Shown here one piece after another: positions 45,536 to 60,962 of a stretch of 64,000 bases of DNA. Origin of the DNA: Octopus sinensis (taxonomy: Eukaryota); contig NW_021833708.1 in NCBI RefSeq assembly GCF_006345805.1, forward strand, positions 9,209 to 73,208, written 5' to 3'. A program made the position numbers and the translations under genes. Positions within the stretch are counted from its first letter, which is position 1. Each line of letters opens with the position of its first letter. Below the pieces are notes generated by a model that was given only the letters and a program-made list of their open reading frames with translations, had not been told where the DNA came from and ran no database searches.

Positions 45536-48500
45536 AGACATTCTTTGATGATTGTAGCACAACATCTATTGTCACCTAAAAGGTGACCCAAATCGAATGT
45601 AATGATAAAGGTATGGGTGTTGTTTTAGACAAGCTCCCTCCTTACCTCGCATTACTGCTGTTGTTATTGTTATTGTTGTTGTAATCGACTGGTCCCCTCC
45701 CCGTAAATTTCAAGGCCTTGTGCCTTCAGTAGAAAGAATTGCTGTTGTTGTCGGTAGCAACGTTTAGCTCCAGATCGGCTCTTATTAGGCAGCTGTATTA
45801 TGATTAAAGGCTTTCCAGCCGTGACCATATCCCTTTGTGAATATATAGAACTGCATTCATCATCCCATGTGCTCTTCTCTTTTTCTTTCTTTTAAGACAG
45901 TAGGATTAGATAATTGAAGATTTGGCTGCTATTTCTTGCAGATCGAGTGACTTCTGTGTGTGTTGGCGCTGTTGTTGTTATTTGTCTCTAGGTCAGTCCT
46001 CGTTGTTAAGGCCTGTGATGAAAAGGCGTTCTTGCCGTGACCATCAAATAATTTTATTAAAGGTTACGTTATCCTGTGTGTTCTTTATGTTCTGGGTTCA
46101 GTCCCAGTGCGTGGCACCTTGGGCAAGTGTCTTCTACTATAGCCCCGGGCCGACCAAAGCCTTGTGAGTGGATTTGGTAGACGGAAACTGAAAGAAGCCC
46201 GTCGTATATATGTATATGTATATATATATGTATGTGTTTGTGTGTTTGTGAGTGTTGTCGCTGTTGTTGTTATTTGTCTCTAGGTCAGTCCTCGTTGCTA
46301 AGGCCTGTGATGAAAAGGCGTTCTTGCCGTGACCATCAAATAATTTTATTAAAGGTTACGTTATCCTGTGTGTCATTTATTTTTAAAAGCTGGTTGTGTG
46401 CATTTTGACAAAGATTTAGTTGCGATTTTTAAAGGGCCAAGCAACAAGGTAAAAGGGTCCCTTGCATTTGTGATTTATTGGCTGTGTGGTAAGTAGCTTG
46501 CTTACCAACCACATGGTTCCGGGTTCAGTCCCACTGCGTGGCACCTTGGGCAAGTGTCTTCTACTATAGCCTCGGGACGACTAAAGCCTTGTGAGTGGAT
46601 TTGATAGACAGAAACTGAAAGAAGACCTGTGTGTGTGTACGTGTACGTCTGTGTTTGTCCCATCATCGCTTGACAACCGATGCTGGTGTGTTTATATCCC
46701 TGTAACTTAGCGTTGTAGAAAGGAAACCGATAGAATAAGTACAGGACTTATTACAAAGAATATGTCCTGGGGTTGATTTGTTCGACTAAAGGTGGTGCTC
46801 CAGCATGGCTGCAGTCAAAATGACTGAAGCAAGTAAAACAATACACATTTTTATACTGATAAATTTTCATTTCCATATATAACTATATGTATCTATTTTC
46901 ATTCAGCAAGTTTATTAATGAGATCAAAGCTTGGCAAAAGCGTAGAGGAGATAAGGTGTCTGCCTGAATTGGGTATAGGTCTGATTGTAATTATTTTATA
47001 CTTACTATTTAGTAATATGGTTACTTTACATTTTGAATTTTGATATGACACTGAAAAATCCTAAATGTTAAATTTTACTCTTAATTCGCTTGAAGAAAAC
47101 GTTTTCTTTAATTAACATAATTGTTTTGTTCATCAATAAAGAACACGTCTGAAACAGCTGTAGTGAACCTCAGCCCATCTGTGATATGATTTATATTTAT
47201 GTATATGGTGTGTTTTCATTGTCCAAATGCTTTCTCTTAACTAATTCATGAGATACTAACGTTTGTTTTCCTCTTTTTGCTGTCTGCTATAATAGCCGAG
47301 TTAACCCATTCCAACACTTTCTATTTTTTAAAAGTATTTTGGTAAGCTCATCCACAATAACGATAAACCCTACATTCACGAAAGAGGAAAAACTCACAAC
47401 AGACCTCATTACATACAAAACACATAAACCCTTGAAAAACAAAACGGAAACCCATGTAACAGATGTGACCCCACATTACAATAAATGAAGGCTTAGAACC
47501 CCCAAAAATATCTTACAGTATTTAGTTGTATCATTTGCAGCTCTCTGTTTTGGGAATTTTATCCATCTGTGAAAGAGTGTATACGACACAGTACCAGTCA
47601 TGTACTGCAACCAATTAAACCCACCATACCAACTCCCTATAGTTTATGGTCTTATATTAATATCAGAAACCACGGTTACATTTGTATTTAACTAGAATGT
47701 GTCATTTTTAAAAGAAAATTATCAAAGAAAAGGACGAGAGGAATTTTTTAAAGATGGTCTTCAATTGAAAAAATAAATTGAACGAATAAAAAAAAGGTGA
47801 AAAAATTAGAGAAATCTCTGTTGATTTTCTGGTCAGAAGAAAGAATTTATAGTAAATACTGTAGCTACTTTTCTTTTAAATTCTTCAACATCGAGAATTG
47901 GTCCAGACAGAGAAGAAATTTAAGGAAAATAATCCCTAAAAATAAGAAGGATTAAGAAAGGAAAATGAAGCCGGTGAATCATTTGAAATTTGAAGAGAGA
48001 AAAAATCAACAAGAGATGATTTATATTTCTGAACGGTTAGTATTTATATTTCCGCTTGAAGATTCCACAATTGCACAGTAGTTACCCTTACGCATATACC
48101 AGTACCTTGGTGTTAGTTTCCTTCCAGCTTCCAGCAATAATCCCTTCACTAATCTTTGCTAATTCTCCCTGCCTATCAACCCGTAGAACCTTTTACCCAC
48201 CTACACCTCTTTATTGTTTATGTTCAGATAAATGTTTTCGCCACTCCTTTTCCTCCTTGCAACAGGCTTATATAATTGCCTTTATATTTTGTGTTGACAC
48301 CGTCTTTAGTGTAAACGTTGTCATGTTTTATATTCTTTATAATTTAACAAAAAAAAAAAGACTGCCTATATACACATATGCACACACTTATATGCATTTT
48401 CTTTTACTGAAACTGAATATTTGCTTCACGACTCGAGTTCCGTGTTACTATGTTCTTCAGGTGAGAAACTCTAGTAACGAGACAAAGCCTCGGTTTCAGT

Positions 48501-48724
48501 TTGAAGGAATGGAAATTAACCCATCTCTTCTGCAACTTGTACTGAGCAATACTCTCTTATTCGTCTGATCTAAAACCAACCAACACACACACACACACAC
48601 ACGCACACATACACACACACACACACACACACTACTACATACTTTCATTAATAGCTTTGTCTACGCGTTCCATTTTTAAAATGATTTGCTTCACGTCAGT
48701 TGAATTTTCTAAATTCTTATGACA

Positions 48725-49830
<1,106 letters not shown>

Positions 49831-50336
49831 CTCTCTTTTACTCTTTTACTTGTTTCAGTCATTTGACTGCGGCCATGCTGGAGCACCGCCTTTAGTGGAG
49901 CAAATCGACCCCGAGACTTATTCTTTGTAAGCCCAGTACTTATTCTATCGGTCTCTTTTGCTGAACCGCTAAGTTACGGGGACGTAAACACACCAGCATC
50001 GGTTGTCAAGCAATGCTAGGGGGACAAACACAGATACAAAAACATATACACACACACATATATATATACATATATACGACAGGCTTCTTTCAGTTTCCGT
50101 CTACTAAATCCACTCACAAGGCATTGGTTGGCCCGGGGCTATAGCAGAAGACACTTGCCCAAGATGCCACGCAGTGGGACTGAACTCGGAACCATGTGGT
50201 TGGCTAGCAAGCTACTTACCACACAGCCACTCCTGCACCTATTTATTTATACATGCATGCATGCATACATACATACGTACATACATACATACATACATAC
50301 ATACATACATACATACATACATACATACATACATAG

Positions 50337-51459
50337 TGTTACGGTTGGCTAAGTGCAGTTCCCGGTGACCCACATTTGGAATTATGGTTCCGGCATGTCT
50401 GGGAGTGAAAAGTGACAGCCCTTTGTTTACGGAAGACTAATGGGTTTTGGAAGGACCTGTGACCTTGTGCGGGTGAATTAGGGGTCGTTCTAGATACCCC
50501 GAGGAAGACAGATTAAGGAAATCTGAGAGCAGATAGAGAGGGTGATAGGCAGCAGGCGATAGAGACAGATTAAGGGATCTGAGAGCTGTCGTGAGAGAGA
50601 TAGAGTATAAGGCTAAGGGACAGATAGAGAGGGTGATAGGCAGCAGGCGATAGCGATAGAGTAAGGAATCAGAGAGCAGATAGAAAGGGTATGAGCGGTA
50701 CAGAGGGAGATTGGAGGGAGTGGAAGTCAGGACAAGGAAGTGAGGTTTTGGGCAGTCGGTGATCGGTCGTCAGAGAACACAGACGGATCTTGGAAGTTAG
50801 GAGCAAGCGTTGGAATTTTAGGAGCAAGCGTTGGGATGCGAGAGAACTTGGCGGCACAGAAGGGAATATGTACAGAGGAATTAGCAGTATTCAGAGATGA
50901 GTGCAGAATGGGACACTGGCGATTCAATTAGGAATTGAGGTATTTAATTGTATTGATACGTGTCACGGTGTATTGAACATTGAAAAGAACAGTCAAGGAC
51001 TTGTCGATATGTCGATTATCGAGTTGTGGTATTTATGTTCAGAATTGTGTTGATGTGACGTTATCTGTGATGTTTAGAAAAAGACTTTAATAGAACTGTT
51101 GTCTTCGGACGTGAACTTTGAATTGTACTCTTGAATTGCTGTTGTTAAATGCTTGATCTGTGGTATACCCGTATGATGTATTGATTTGTTGTTTGTCTTA
51201 AATGTATTTGATGTTGTAACCATTGATTGCCATATAAACTAGTTGTTGAATATAAGCCAGTGTTGCCAGTTGTTGCCTTGCCTCTTTTGGTGTCTCTCTC
51301 GGTTGTGCCTCTGTATCTCTCTGTGCTGCTGCGGTTGTTGTTGCAGTGTCTCTCCTCTCCTCTCTCTCCGAGTTTCCGTAGCTTATTCGCTGATCGAATC
51401 GGGCCTGTGTGTGAGGATTTCCGTAACAGTTTTCGGATGCTCCCCACTCGTTCGTAACA
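50337..51459. mobile_element. Putative solo LTR (~1.12 kb)
   Basis: TGTTACG...CGTAACA termini; flanks atag / atac within an (ATAC)n tract; internal purine-rich direct repeats. Confidence 0.5.
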
Positions 51460-52692
51460 ATACATACATATACAAACGTACAGCAGCATGCACAGAAACG
51501 ACCGAATACATTTACATAAATACAAAAACACATGTACATACACGGTCACGTGCTCTAAATCACATGCATAATAAAAACAAGACAATATGTATGCGATTAT
51601 GGTTTGAATAATTTGAATGATTTGAATGTAATGCAGATGATATAACTGACAAGTTGTTCTAATAACTTTGAATAAAAAGAAATATGCACGACGTGCGACT
51701 GTACTTTTGTAGTTAGATGCGTGTGTAAAAGCTATGCTTAAAATATTTCTCAGCCCTGTGTGAAACGTAAGATAGTTAGATAGTAGAGAGAGGTGTGAGA
51801 TGTCTTATGAACGTGGGACGAAAAGCATAACCTCCGCCTGGAAATATGATTTTTACCGAGATATTAAATCAAGGCCTTTCTTTTTAACAAACATTTTTGA
51901 AGGTTCCTTTTATCTTTAATCACGAAAACAGTTTCTTTAATACCTGTCAACTCCCATTAAAACTATCGATAGGCCAGTTGGTTATGTTCAGGTGTGCATT
52001 GTAGCCAGCTTTGATCAGAATGATCAAATATAGTAATGTTAACCGCAAGCGAATTATACTTTTATCAAAGCTGCTCTCAGTTCAAATCCGGAGAATGATC
52101 TGCCATAAGAATTTCCTCGCAACGTGTTTGTTTTATGGCAACGAATGAAACCAAGAAATGTGTGTGTATGCGTGTGTGTGTGTGCAGGTGGGGTGGGGTG
52201 TATGTCTGTCCACGTTTCCGATGCATGCAACAAAAATAATGGAACAATAATCATAAATTTAAGTTTGACTCAACGAAACACGAGAAAATAACATGAAATT
52301 GTTTAATTCAATTCATAAATAGTTGAAAATTTTAGAAAAGGTTTAGTGGCTATAAATATGTGTATACATAAATATACATATATATATATATAAATATACA
52401 CACACATACATTTATATATATATATATATATGCACACATCAGTAAGTAATGGATATTTCAATACCTATTTCTTTACTACCCACAAGGGGCTAAACTAGGA
52501 CAGACAAACGGACTAAGTCGATTATATCGACCCCAGTGCGTAACTGGTACTTATTTAATCGACCCCGAAAGGATGAAAGGCAAAGTCGACCTCGGCGGAA
52601 TTTGAACTCAGAACGTAACGGCAGACGAAATACCGCTCAGCATTTCGCCCGGCCTGCTAACGTTTCTGCTAGCTCGCCGCCTTTATTCAATA

Positions 52693-53123
52693 CTAGCAGC
52701 ATAGCCCGGCGTTGCCCGGGTATGTAAGAACCCCTAGTAGGCAACGACTAATCCCAATCTAGTCCTTTCCCTCTAGGGAACGAAGGCGCATGTGTAGGTT
52801 GCAATGTCTTCTCTTCACACGAATACTTCTGTGTATACGATGTTCCTAGCTGTCCCTTTGGGCGATAAAAGGTCGAGTTGTGTCCCCTAGACAGAAAATG
52901 TGTTGCATATAAAAAGCTTAGATTCTTGACCCCATGTCGAATTTATCGATTTTTTTCAGAACTGGGGGAACTTTTCAAAATTTTCGCGGTGTTAGTTTTG
53001 AATTATGACATTGGGCTATGTGTGTGTCAAGTTTCATCAGAATCGGTTGAAAGCCGTGGTCAGGGTGAGGGTACAACCTGACAGACACACAGACAGACAA
53101 ACTGCCGTTTATATAGAGAGAGA
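52693..53123 (-). mobile_element. Non-autonomous Helitron-like element
   Basis: Minus strand A|TCTCTCTCTATATAAA ... CCCGGGCAACGCCGGG ... GCTGCTAG|T. Confidence 0.65.
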
Positions 53124-54714
53124 TTCTACCAGAATACGAAGTTTAAAAGTGTTTAGTTACCTAGAAATTATGTTAAAAACTGCCGGTCAAACTGAAAAGA
53201 TTCATTTTCTGCCCCAGAGGGCGAAAATTACTGTTTGTCAACAGACAACAGTTCAAATCACCGTACAGAAACCCAATGAAAATTATAAAAAAACCCATAC
53301 ATGGAGTTCAGAGATACTGTAGAACAATGTAGAGAGACTGAGTCACAAGAAACCTTGCCAAGCATGTGGTACTGAGCTCAATCCCACTGCATGGCACCTC
53401 AAGTGTGTGCCTTCTACTTTGTCCTTGTTTTATCCAAAGGGTTCTCAGTGGAATTTCTAGGCGGAGACTTGTGAGTGGATTTCCTATTTGACACACATTC
53501 AACATCTTCTTTTCCGTTTGTACGGCAGTTTTTTAACAATTTCCACGTAACTAAACACTTTTAAACTTCGTATACTGGTAGAATGTGTTTATAAAATATA
53601 ATTTTCTCTTGGCTTTATTGAGAAAATTCTATAGTTTGTAAGATATTTGTTGTTTTTTTTCAATTTCAACCAATCACTGACGTCTATTGAGGTAAAAAAA
53701 AACATTCTGTGCCGTATGAATATGTCCCTCGTTTAAGAAACAGATTGGGTTTGTTTATATTTGTGAAGAAAAAAAGATACCCTTCCCCCCACCCCTAACC
53801 CTAAAACAGATTGAAATGCAATAGATCGATACTAGGGTCATAATTATGGGTAACAATTTCATATGACACCGCTAGAAAAAACTGCTGTTCAAACTGAAAA
53901 GATACTTCTTTTCTACTCTTGGCACAAGATTCGAAATTGATTAGGTTGACAGCATTAGGCAACTGGTACTTAATTCATCAATCCTTAGAGAATGGAAGTG
54001 AAAGTCGACTTCAGCAGAATTTCAACTCAGAATGGAAAGACAGACGAAATACCAAAAACAATTTCGCCCGGTGTGCTGAAGTTTCTGCCAGTGATTTGAC
54101 ACATTGCATGTATTCGTTGTAAAATAACCGACGCAACAAATATTTGCATATTTGTTCACAATACTTTGGAGGAGAATAAGAGGAGAAATATGTTAGTCGC
54201 TGTTGTGCATGTCAAAGGACAAGCGCTTCACCTTGCTAAGAATACTTCCTACATCGTTTATGTTGTTTTCCATTCAGGCATATGTTGGATGCTTCAACGG
54301 AGTGACAAAGCCATGAGCTGCACCAGTTTCCTTGTCTGATTTGGCTTTTCTACAGCAGAATGCATTTCCTAATGTCCACCCTTCTACAGAGTGCACTGGG
54401 TGTTACTTTTTCTTTTTATGTGACAACAAAAACCGACAGGGGGCCCAAGGACCTTGCAAGACAAATAGCTCAAAACTGGCAGAAGAAGGTAGTATTGAAG
54501 AACGTCACTTTGTGCCCGTTGACAGGTTAAGGTAGAAAGGGAACAGGGTCCAGATATAGAGCAAAAAAAACAAGCAAAAAATAAATATGTTATTCATTAT
54601 TCTTTATTAAGAAATTCCTATAACTGATGAAAGGAAAAAGCCTGTGTTTTAGCAGACCAATTAGTGTTAATTATCGTTATGACTTAATAAATTTTGACAT
54701 TGAGACAGTAACAC

Positions 54715-54954
54715 GTCTCTGGGAATAGCCACATGTTTATGCATGTGGCTTTTTCGAGAGAATCATTTGCCACACATGTCACACTGACATGGCTACTCTC
54801 ATGTAGGGATTCGTTCATGTAGAGTTAAGTTAAGTCTATGAGAGAATGCTTTAACACAGACACGACCATTACATAGGTTTTGTCTGGAATGAACATTTTC
54901 GTGTGTAGTTACAACACCATTTGCAAAAAATGAATTACAACAACTAATGCAAGG
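54715..54954 (-). pseudogene. Three decayed zinc fingers in frame downstream of the ZNF stop codon
   Basis: After TAA the frame reads PCISCCNSFFANGVVTTHENVH / VCVKAFSHRLNLTLHERIPT*E*P / CQCDMCGK*FSRKSHMHKH. Confidence 0.7.
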
Positions 54955-55809
54955 TTATGGCTTCTCTCCTGTATGTGTATGCGTGTGTCTATTCAACTGA
55001 CGCCTTTGAGAAAATGACTCACCACAGATCTCACAATGACAAGGTTTCTCACCAATATGAAGGCGATTGTGATTAGTCAAGTGAGCGCTTTGAGAGAATG
55101 ATTTACCACAGATATCACACTGATATGGTTTTTCCCCGGTATGTGTAAGTTTGTGCCGAGTCAAATTACTATTACAAGGGAATAACTTACCACAGATATT
55201 ACAATGATAGGGTTTCTCTCCTGTATGAATGCGATTATGAGTAACCAAATCTCTATTATGAGAGAATGATTTACCACAGATCTCACAATGGTATGGCTTC
55301 TCACCAGTATGAATGCGATTATGAGTAACCAAATTACTATTACGAGAGAATGATTTACCACAGATATCACAGCGATATGGTCTCTCTCCTGTATGAGTAA
55401 GTCTGTGCCTAGTCAAATTGGTATTATGAGAAAACGATTTACCACAGATATCACAGTGATATGGTTTCTCTCCTGTATGTGTACGTATGTGATCAGTCAA
55501 GTTAGTGCTTACAGAGAATGATTTACCACAGATCTCACAATGATATGGTTTCTCACCAGTATGAATGCGATTGTGAGTAACCAAATCACTATTATGAGAG
55601 AATGATTTACCACAGATCTCACAATGATACGGCTTCTCTCCCGTATGTGTAAGTCTGTGCCTAGCCAAGTAACTTCTTTGAGAGAATAATTTACCACAGA
55701 TAACACAGTGATATGGTTTCTCTCCTGTATGTGTACGTTTGTGTCTAACAATGTCACCACTGTAAGAAAATGATTTTCCACAGATATTACAGTGATATGG
55801 CTTTTCTCT
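54955..55809 (-). CDS. C2H2 zinc-finger protein, 10 intact tandem fingers; 5' end disrupted
   Basis: The open frame from 55809 to TAA at 54955 encodes YHCxICGKSFSxxxxLxxHxRxHTGEKP x10 and extends ORF 54955..55668 upstream. The in-frame ATG at 55896 is separated from it by four stops in a decayed first finger. Strong minus-strand acceptor at 56137 (ttcttttcctattcAG). Confidence 0.85.
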   Translation of the reverse strand, partial: REKPYHCNICGKSFSYSGDIVRHKRTHTGEKPYHCVICGKLFSQRSYLARHRLTHTGEKPYHCEICGKSFSHNSDLVTHNRIHTGEKPYHCEICGKSFSVSTNLTDHIRTHTGEKPYHCDICGKSFSHNTNLTRHRLTHTGERPYRCDICGKSFSRNSNLVTHNRIHTGEKPYHCEICGKSFSHNRDLVTHNRIHTGEKPYHCNICGKLFPCNSNLTRHKLTHTGEKPYQCDICGKSFSQSAHLTNHNRLHIGEKPCHCEICGESFSQRRQLNRHTHTHTGEKP

Positions 55810-57041
55810 TTATCAAGATTTCTGATTCATTTAAATTATTCATTCGAGAGAATACTTATCATACACTTCACAATGATAAAGTGTTTTCATTTCCATGAAT
55901 ACATTTCTGTTCACTTTTGTCACTTCATTTCAGATAACATTTAATGCAATGTTTCTTCCATACATTCCACAGAAAGAAAAATATTTCGCTGTTCCTTGTA
56001 TAGACTGTATTTATATACAGAGGTAGACTTATTCACGAATGCACCTTATAAATATACTGTCTTCCTTTAGGTGATGAGAATATCAAAGACACTTCTGAAT
56101 GGAGAGATTTCCTTCACGTCAACATGTTCTGATATTCTGAATAGGAAAAGAAGCGTAAGATAAAACTGGATAGTTGACCAACATAGGTATTCAACATTGC
56201 AGATTTTATATCACTACCATTGTCATGCATTTACTGTCATGCTTGCATAAGTAGATTGAGTTGGAAGGTGTTAGAAGCTAATGGGAATGGAGCTAGCCAA
56301 AACGAAAATTAGTGGGATAACATGACCAGAGTAGTGAGTTGATGAATCCCAGAATTTCGCAGAGCAAAGTTGTCACAAGTGAAATGGGCTGTTTATGAAG
56401 TGATCAGAGTTAATGATGAAGAAGCATGTTACTCGTCTGCCGCCTTTCCGCTAACTAATTAAAACTCCCACTTCTCTTCATGGGTACTGAACTTCCCTCT
56501 AGGATCCATTGTGCCACCCTGATGGGCTGAGAAGACATCATAGCAGAACAGTGCTAGTTGTGACAACCTAAAATAGCTTTCCTGACTTGCTACACAATAT
56601 TAAATACTGGCAGAATCACTAAGATGCCGGATTAATTGCTTAACAGCATTTCGTTCATAAATAGCTTTGTCAAACTAGAGATAAAAGCAATCAGGAATGG
56701 GAGTGTGTCTGTGCATTGTTTATTTCTCTTCAATCAGGTACACACTGTGAGGGTGAGTACGATCGATCATTTGGGCATCCAGATGCCCCTCCCACCTAAC
56801 CAGGAGTCCCTTATCTGAAGACCAGCTTGCTAGCTAGCCCACAGTGAAGGTCCCTCTTTATATTTCGTCTATCATGAGTTGGTGCCCGAAACGTCTTCCT
56901 TTCAAAGTATAACTTCCACTGAGGTCGAATTTCATCCTTTCGAGGTAAATAAAATAAGCAGTAGAGCACTCGAGTCCCTGAAGTTAACTTGTCCCCTTCC
57001 TACAAATTTCAGGTTTTGTACTTAAAAATACAAAAAGAAAA

Positions 57042-57073
<32 letters not shown>

Positions 57074-57339
57074 TATCAACATTAATATTTTATAAACCCC
57101 AAAAGTAGAGTCGGCTCATGGATCAAAATCCTGACTCCAAATACATCTTACAATTTCATGAGTCCTTCATTAAAAAAGGGACAACGGTAATTATTCTCCT
57201 TCCTCTCGCAGGGGTTATGACCACTCACGGAAACGGCGATACACGTCTTTGTGAGCAGGGAGGATCTCCTCAGTAGAACCAATAGCTGCAAACCCTCTGA
57301 AGACATCACAGGTTGTGTCCGGGTAGAATGGATATAATT

Positions 57340-57445
57340 CGCCTCTACCCATCTATAGACAGAGATCTTCTTGTGGGGTGCTTGTAAAGACAAGAACATT
57401 GCATACGTTGGTGAGACATCTAGAAGCATTGCAGGGGGATGAAAT
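57340..57445 (+). mobile_element. GIY-YIG endonuclease remnant (Penelope-like)
   Basis: PIYR..C / GACKDKNIAYVGETSRS resembles the C..C...YVGET.R motif; short and frameshifted. Confidence 0.4.
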
Positions 57446-57894
57446 AAAAATTAGAGGCAGCATGACCACATAACCAGTCATCCATACTCTACCAAAGGTA
57501 CTACTCAAAAAGGATGGTCCCGGTGCGCGCACTCGTGCTAGTCCGTCGTGACTGGAAGATCCTTCAACAACTACCTAGCGTGAGTATGCAAATTAACAGA
57601 TACGCGCATAATATATGTATATAATGGCTGAATATATATCAAATAAAATGGGTTTTGTCTTAAACAAAGTAAATAAAAGACTCAACAAAAGAAATTACTT
57701 ACTTTGTGTTTTATTTTCTTTGTTTAAAAAAAATTATTTGTTAAAAAAACCTCAAACATGTCTAGCGCATGCGAGTGTGATTTTTAGTCGCGCACTCGCA
57801 TTACGTAATCTTTGTAAGATCGACTAGTCATGACTAGCTAGCACTGGGACCACGCTTGTAGAAAAGTACCTATATATATATATATATATATATA

Positions 57895-59140
57895 GTGGCA
57901 CAGCTACGATTATCACCGCCTATGCCCCACATGCGGGGCTACCAAATGATCAGAAGGACCACTTTTACGATACCCTTCTACAGGCTACCTCAAAGACTAG
58001 TGGCAAAGACCTCATCTTTGTGGGTGGAGACTTTAATGAGCATGTTGGGCGGGAATCGGGTATCTTCACTGGGGTACACGGTGGTCATGGTATTGGCACC
58101 AGAAATGATGAGGAACTAGGCTACTGGAATTCTGTGATGCATGCAACCTTTTAATCTGCAAAACTAACTTCAGGAAGCCTGACTGCCACCTTATAACTTA
58201 TCAGTCAGGAGACTCCACTTGCCAAATAGACTTCATCCTCACCAGACAGCGGGATGCAGGGTCGCTCTTAAATACAAAGACCCTCCCGGTTGAAGAATGT
58301 ATCCCTCAGCATAGGTGACTTTAGGCTTCAGGCATTAGTGACTTTAGGCTTCAGGCCAGAAGGACTCCAAGAAACAGACCAATCCAGAAAAGAAGGATTT
58401 GGAAGCTAAAGAACCCTTCACATGGTCAGAGATTTAGGGACATCCTCATCAAGAAATTTGATGAGAGGGAGGACGAGCTACAGACGTCGGACATAGAAGG
58501 TAGCTGGAAATTCCTACAGGACAGCTTGCTGAGTGCCACAGACCAAGTCTGTGGATAGTGCAAAGTCCCTTCCAGACCTAGAGTTACGTGGTGGTGGAAT
58601 AGTGCAGTAGACAAAGCCATTAGTGCAAAGAGACAGGCCTGGAAAGCCTGGAGGGATGGGGGTAGCAGGGAACTGTACCAAGTAGCCAAAAGGGAGCCGG
58701 CGAACAGGTATTACATAGCCAAAGATATAGCAGAAAAGAAGAAGTTTGCCAATGTCCAGCGACGTGAGGACCAAAGAACTGAGGTATTTTGGATTGCTAG
58801 ACAGTGTGTGAGAGAAAATAGTGATGTTACAGGAGAGATATGTGTCCGCATGGATGATGGGGCACTTGCTTTTACTGTTGGTGAAAAGAAAGAGGCTTGG
58901 AGAAGCCATTATGAAAGACTGCTGAATGTGGAGAATGAATGGGAGGAGGAGAGCCTGCCAAATGTTGACCCAGTAGAGAGACCAGCTACCCGAATAGACA
59001 GCTCCCTTGTAGTTAAGGCAATTAAGGGTAGGAAACCAGGCAAAGCCCCCGGCCCATCAGGTATCACTGCTGAGATGCTTAAAACAGCTGGTTATGTGGG
59101 CTATGGCCTAGTCACCCGTATATATAAATATATATAATAT
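57895..59140 (+). mobile_element. RTE LINE fragment (APE + linker + RT start), truncated at both ends by (TA)n
   Basis: IITAYAPHAG..FYD..FVGGDFNEHVG..GVHGGHGIGTRN, QIDFIL, TWWWN..V, KAPGPSGITAEMLK. Confidence 0.88.
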
Positions 59141-59249
59141 CTGATGTATATGTACACACTTACACACGCATATATATATATACATATAGATATATATATA
59201 GTTATATTACATATATATATATACATATATATATAGATATATATAGATA

Positions 59250-59292
<43 letters not shown>

Positions 59293-59531
59293 ATATATAT
59301 TATATTTATATTATATAGATATATCTATACACACATACCGAGAGTAAACACATAATGTGAAACAAGGTGGAAAAAGAGTGCTCAAAAAACCAGTGGTAGA
59401 GTAATATGCTTTATTTAAAGTAGCAGAAAATTCTACAAAACCTGTTACTTCGAGTTTCACGTTCCGTTCGTACGTATGTGTGTATGTATGTATGTATATA
59501 TATACATACATACATTCATATACCACACACA

Positions 59532-59565
<34 letters not shown>

Positions 59566-60898
59566 CTATATATATATATATCGTATATATATGTGCGTGT
59601 GTATATGTGAGTGTATATATATATATATATATATATAAATATGTATACACACACACACCCACATATATATGTATATATGTAGAAAATTTTAGATTAAAAA
59701 AGAACACTGCCTATTTTAATTTTGATAAATAAATTTGAAAAAAACCCGCATTATTTACGGAATGACACAGAAAATGTGTCTATTCTTCATTCACCGACTT
59801 ACGTGTCTGTCCGACTGTTTGTCTGTCGGTCTCTCTTCATCTTCATCTCTCATCCTGTTCCCTATGACGCTGGCGTAAAGATTGGTGTTAAGGGAGGCTA
59901 CTCACAAATATATTGTACGAGAGTTATCTCCCTTGAACAATGCCTAGAAACCGTTTGATTGCAATTTTCTGGGTTCAACCTCTTAAGGGAGACTACTCTC
60001 AAATATAAGTGATTTACATTTAAGAGTTCTCTCCCTTAACACAATTTACCTACGAAATAGAATTTATCGCCCGTCGTTTACTTGTTTCGATTCTTGGACA
60101 ACCGCCATGCTGGAGCACCACATCAACGTGTTTACTTACACTCATCGATGGCTGGGCTTATCTCTGTTCAGACTGCTACTCATTCCATCGTTCTCCTTTT
60201 GTCGAATTGCTAAGTTACGATGACGTAAACAGCCGAAACCGAAAATGAAGCGGTGACTTGGGACAAACACAAGTCACAGATATGGAAATAAATGTCTGTG
60301 TGTGCGTGCGTGTGTGTATGTGTGTGTGTGTGCGTGCGCGTGGTGTCTGCGAGCGCGCGTATATGTGTGCATGTGTGTGCATGCGCGTGTTTGAGCACGT
60401 AAGTGTGTGTGATATATCTATAATATAATATATATATATATATTATATATATATATATATACATATATACATACATACATACATATATATGTATGTATAT
60501 ATGTATGTATGTATATATACATATATATATATATGTATACATGTATTCTTATATATATACATCTATACATACTATATAATGTATGTATATATGTATGTAT
60601 ATATGTATGTTATATATGTGTGTGTATATATATATATGTTATATATTATGTATAATATATATGTATATATATATAATAACATACATAATACATGCATACA
60701 TATATACATATACATATATATATATGTACGTATGTATATATATATAGATACATGACATGTATATATAGATATAAATATATATATTAATAAAAGGAATTCC
60801 AACCTTGTCTGATTTTCACGTTTTATTTACAATCTTATAATGATATATTATAAGATAATATATGAATGAATAAAATAAAATGAAATAGTTGAATGTAA

Positions 60899-60962
<64 letters not shown>

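Noticed and set aside
48056-48568. 170-aa ORF with a possible acceptor near 48460
   Set aside because: No recognisable domain, low-complexity composition, and no compatible partner exons found.
59950-60060. Possible upstream non-coding exon or promoter of the ZNF (minus-strand GTAAAT donor near 60045)
   Set aside because: A single donor-like motif without transcript support is insufficient.
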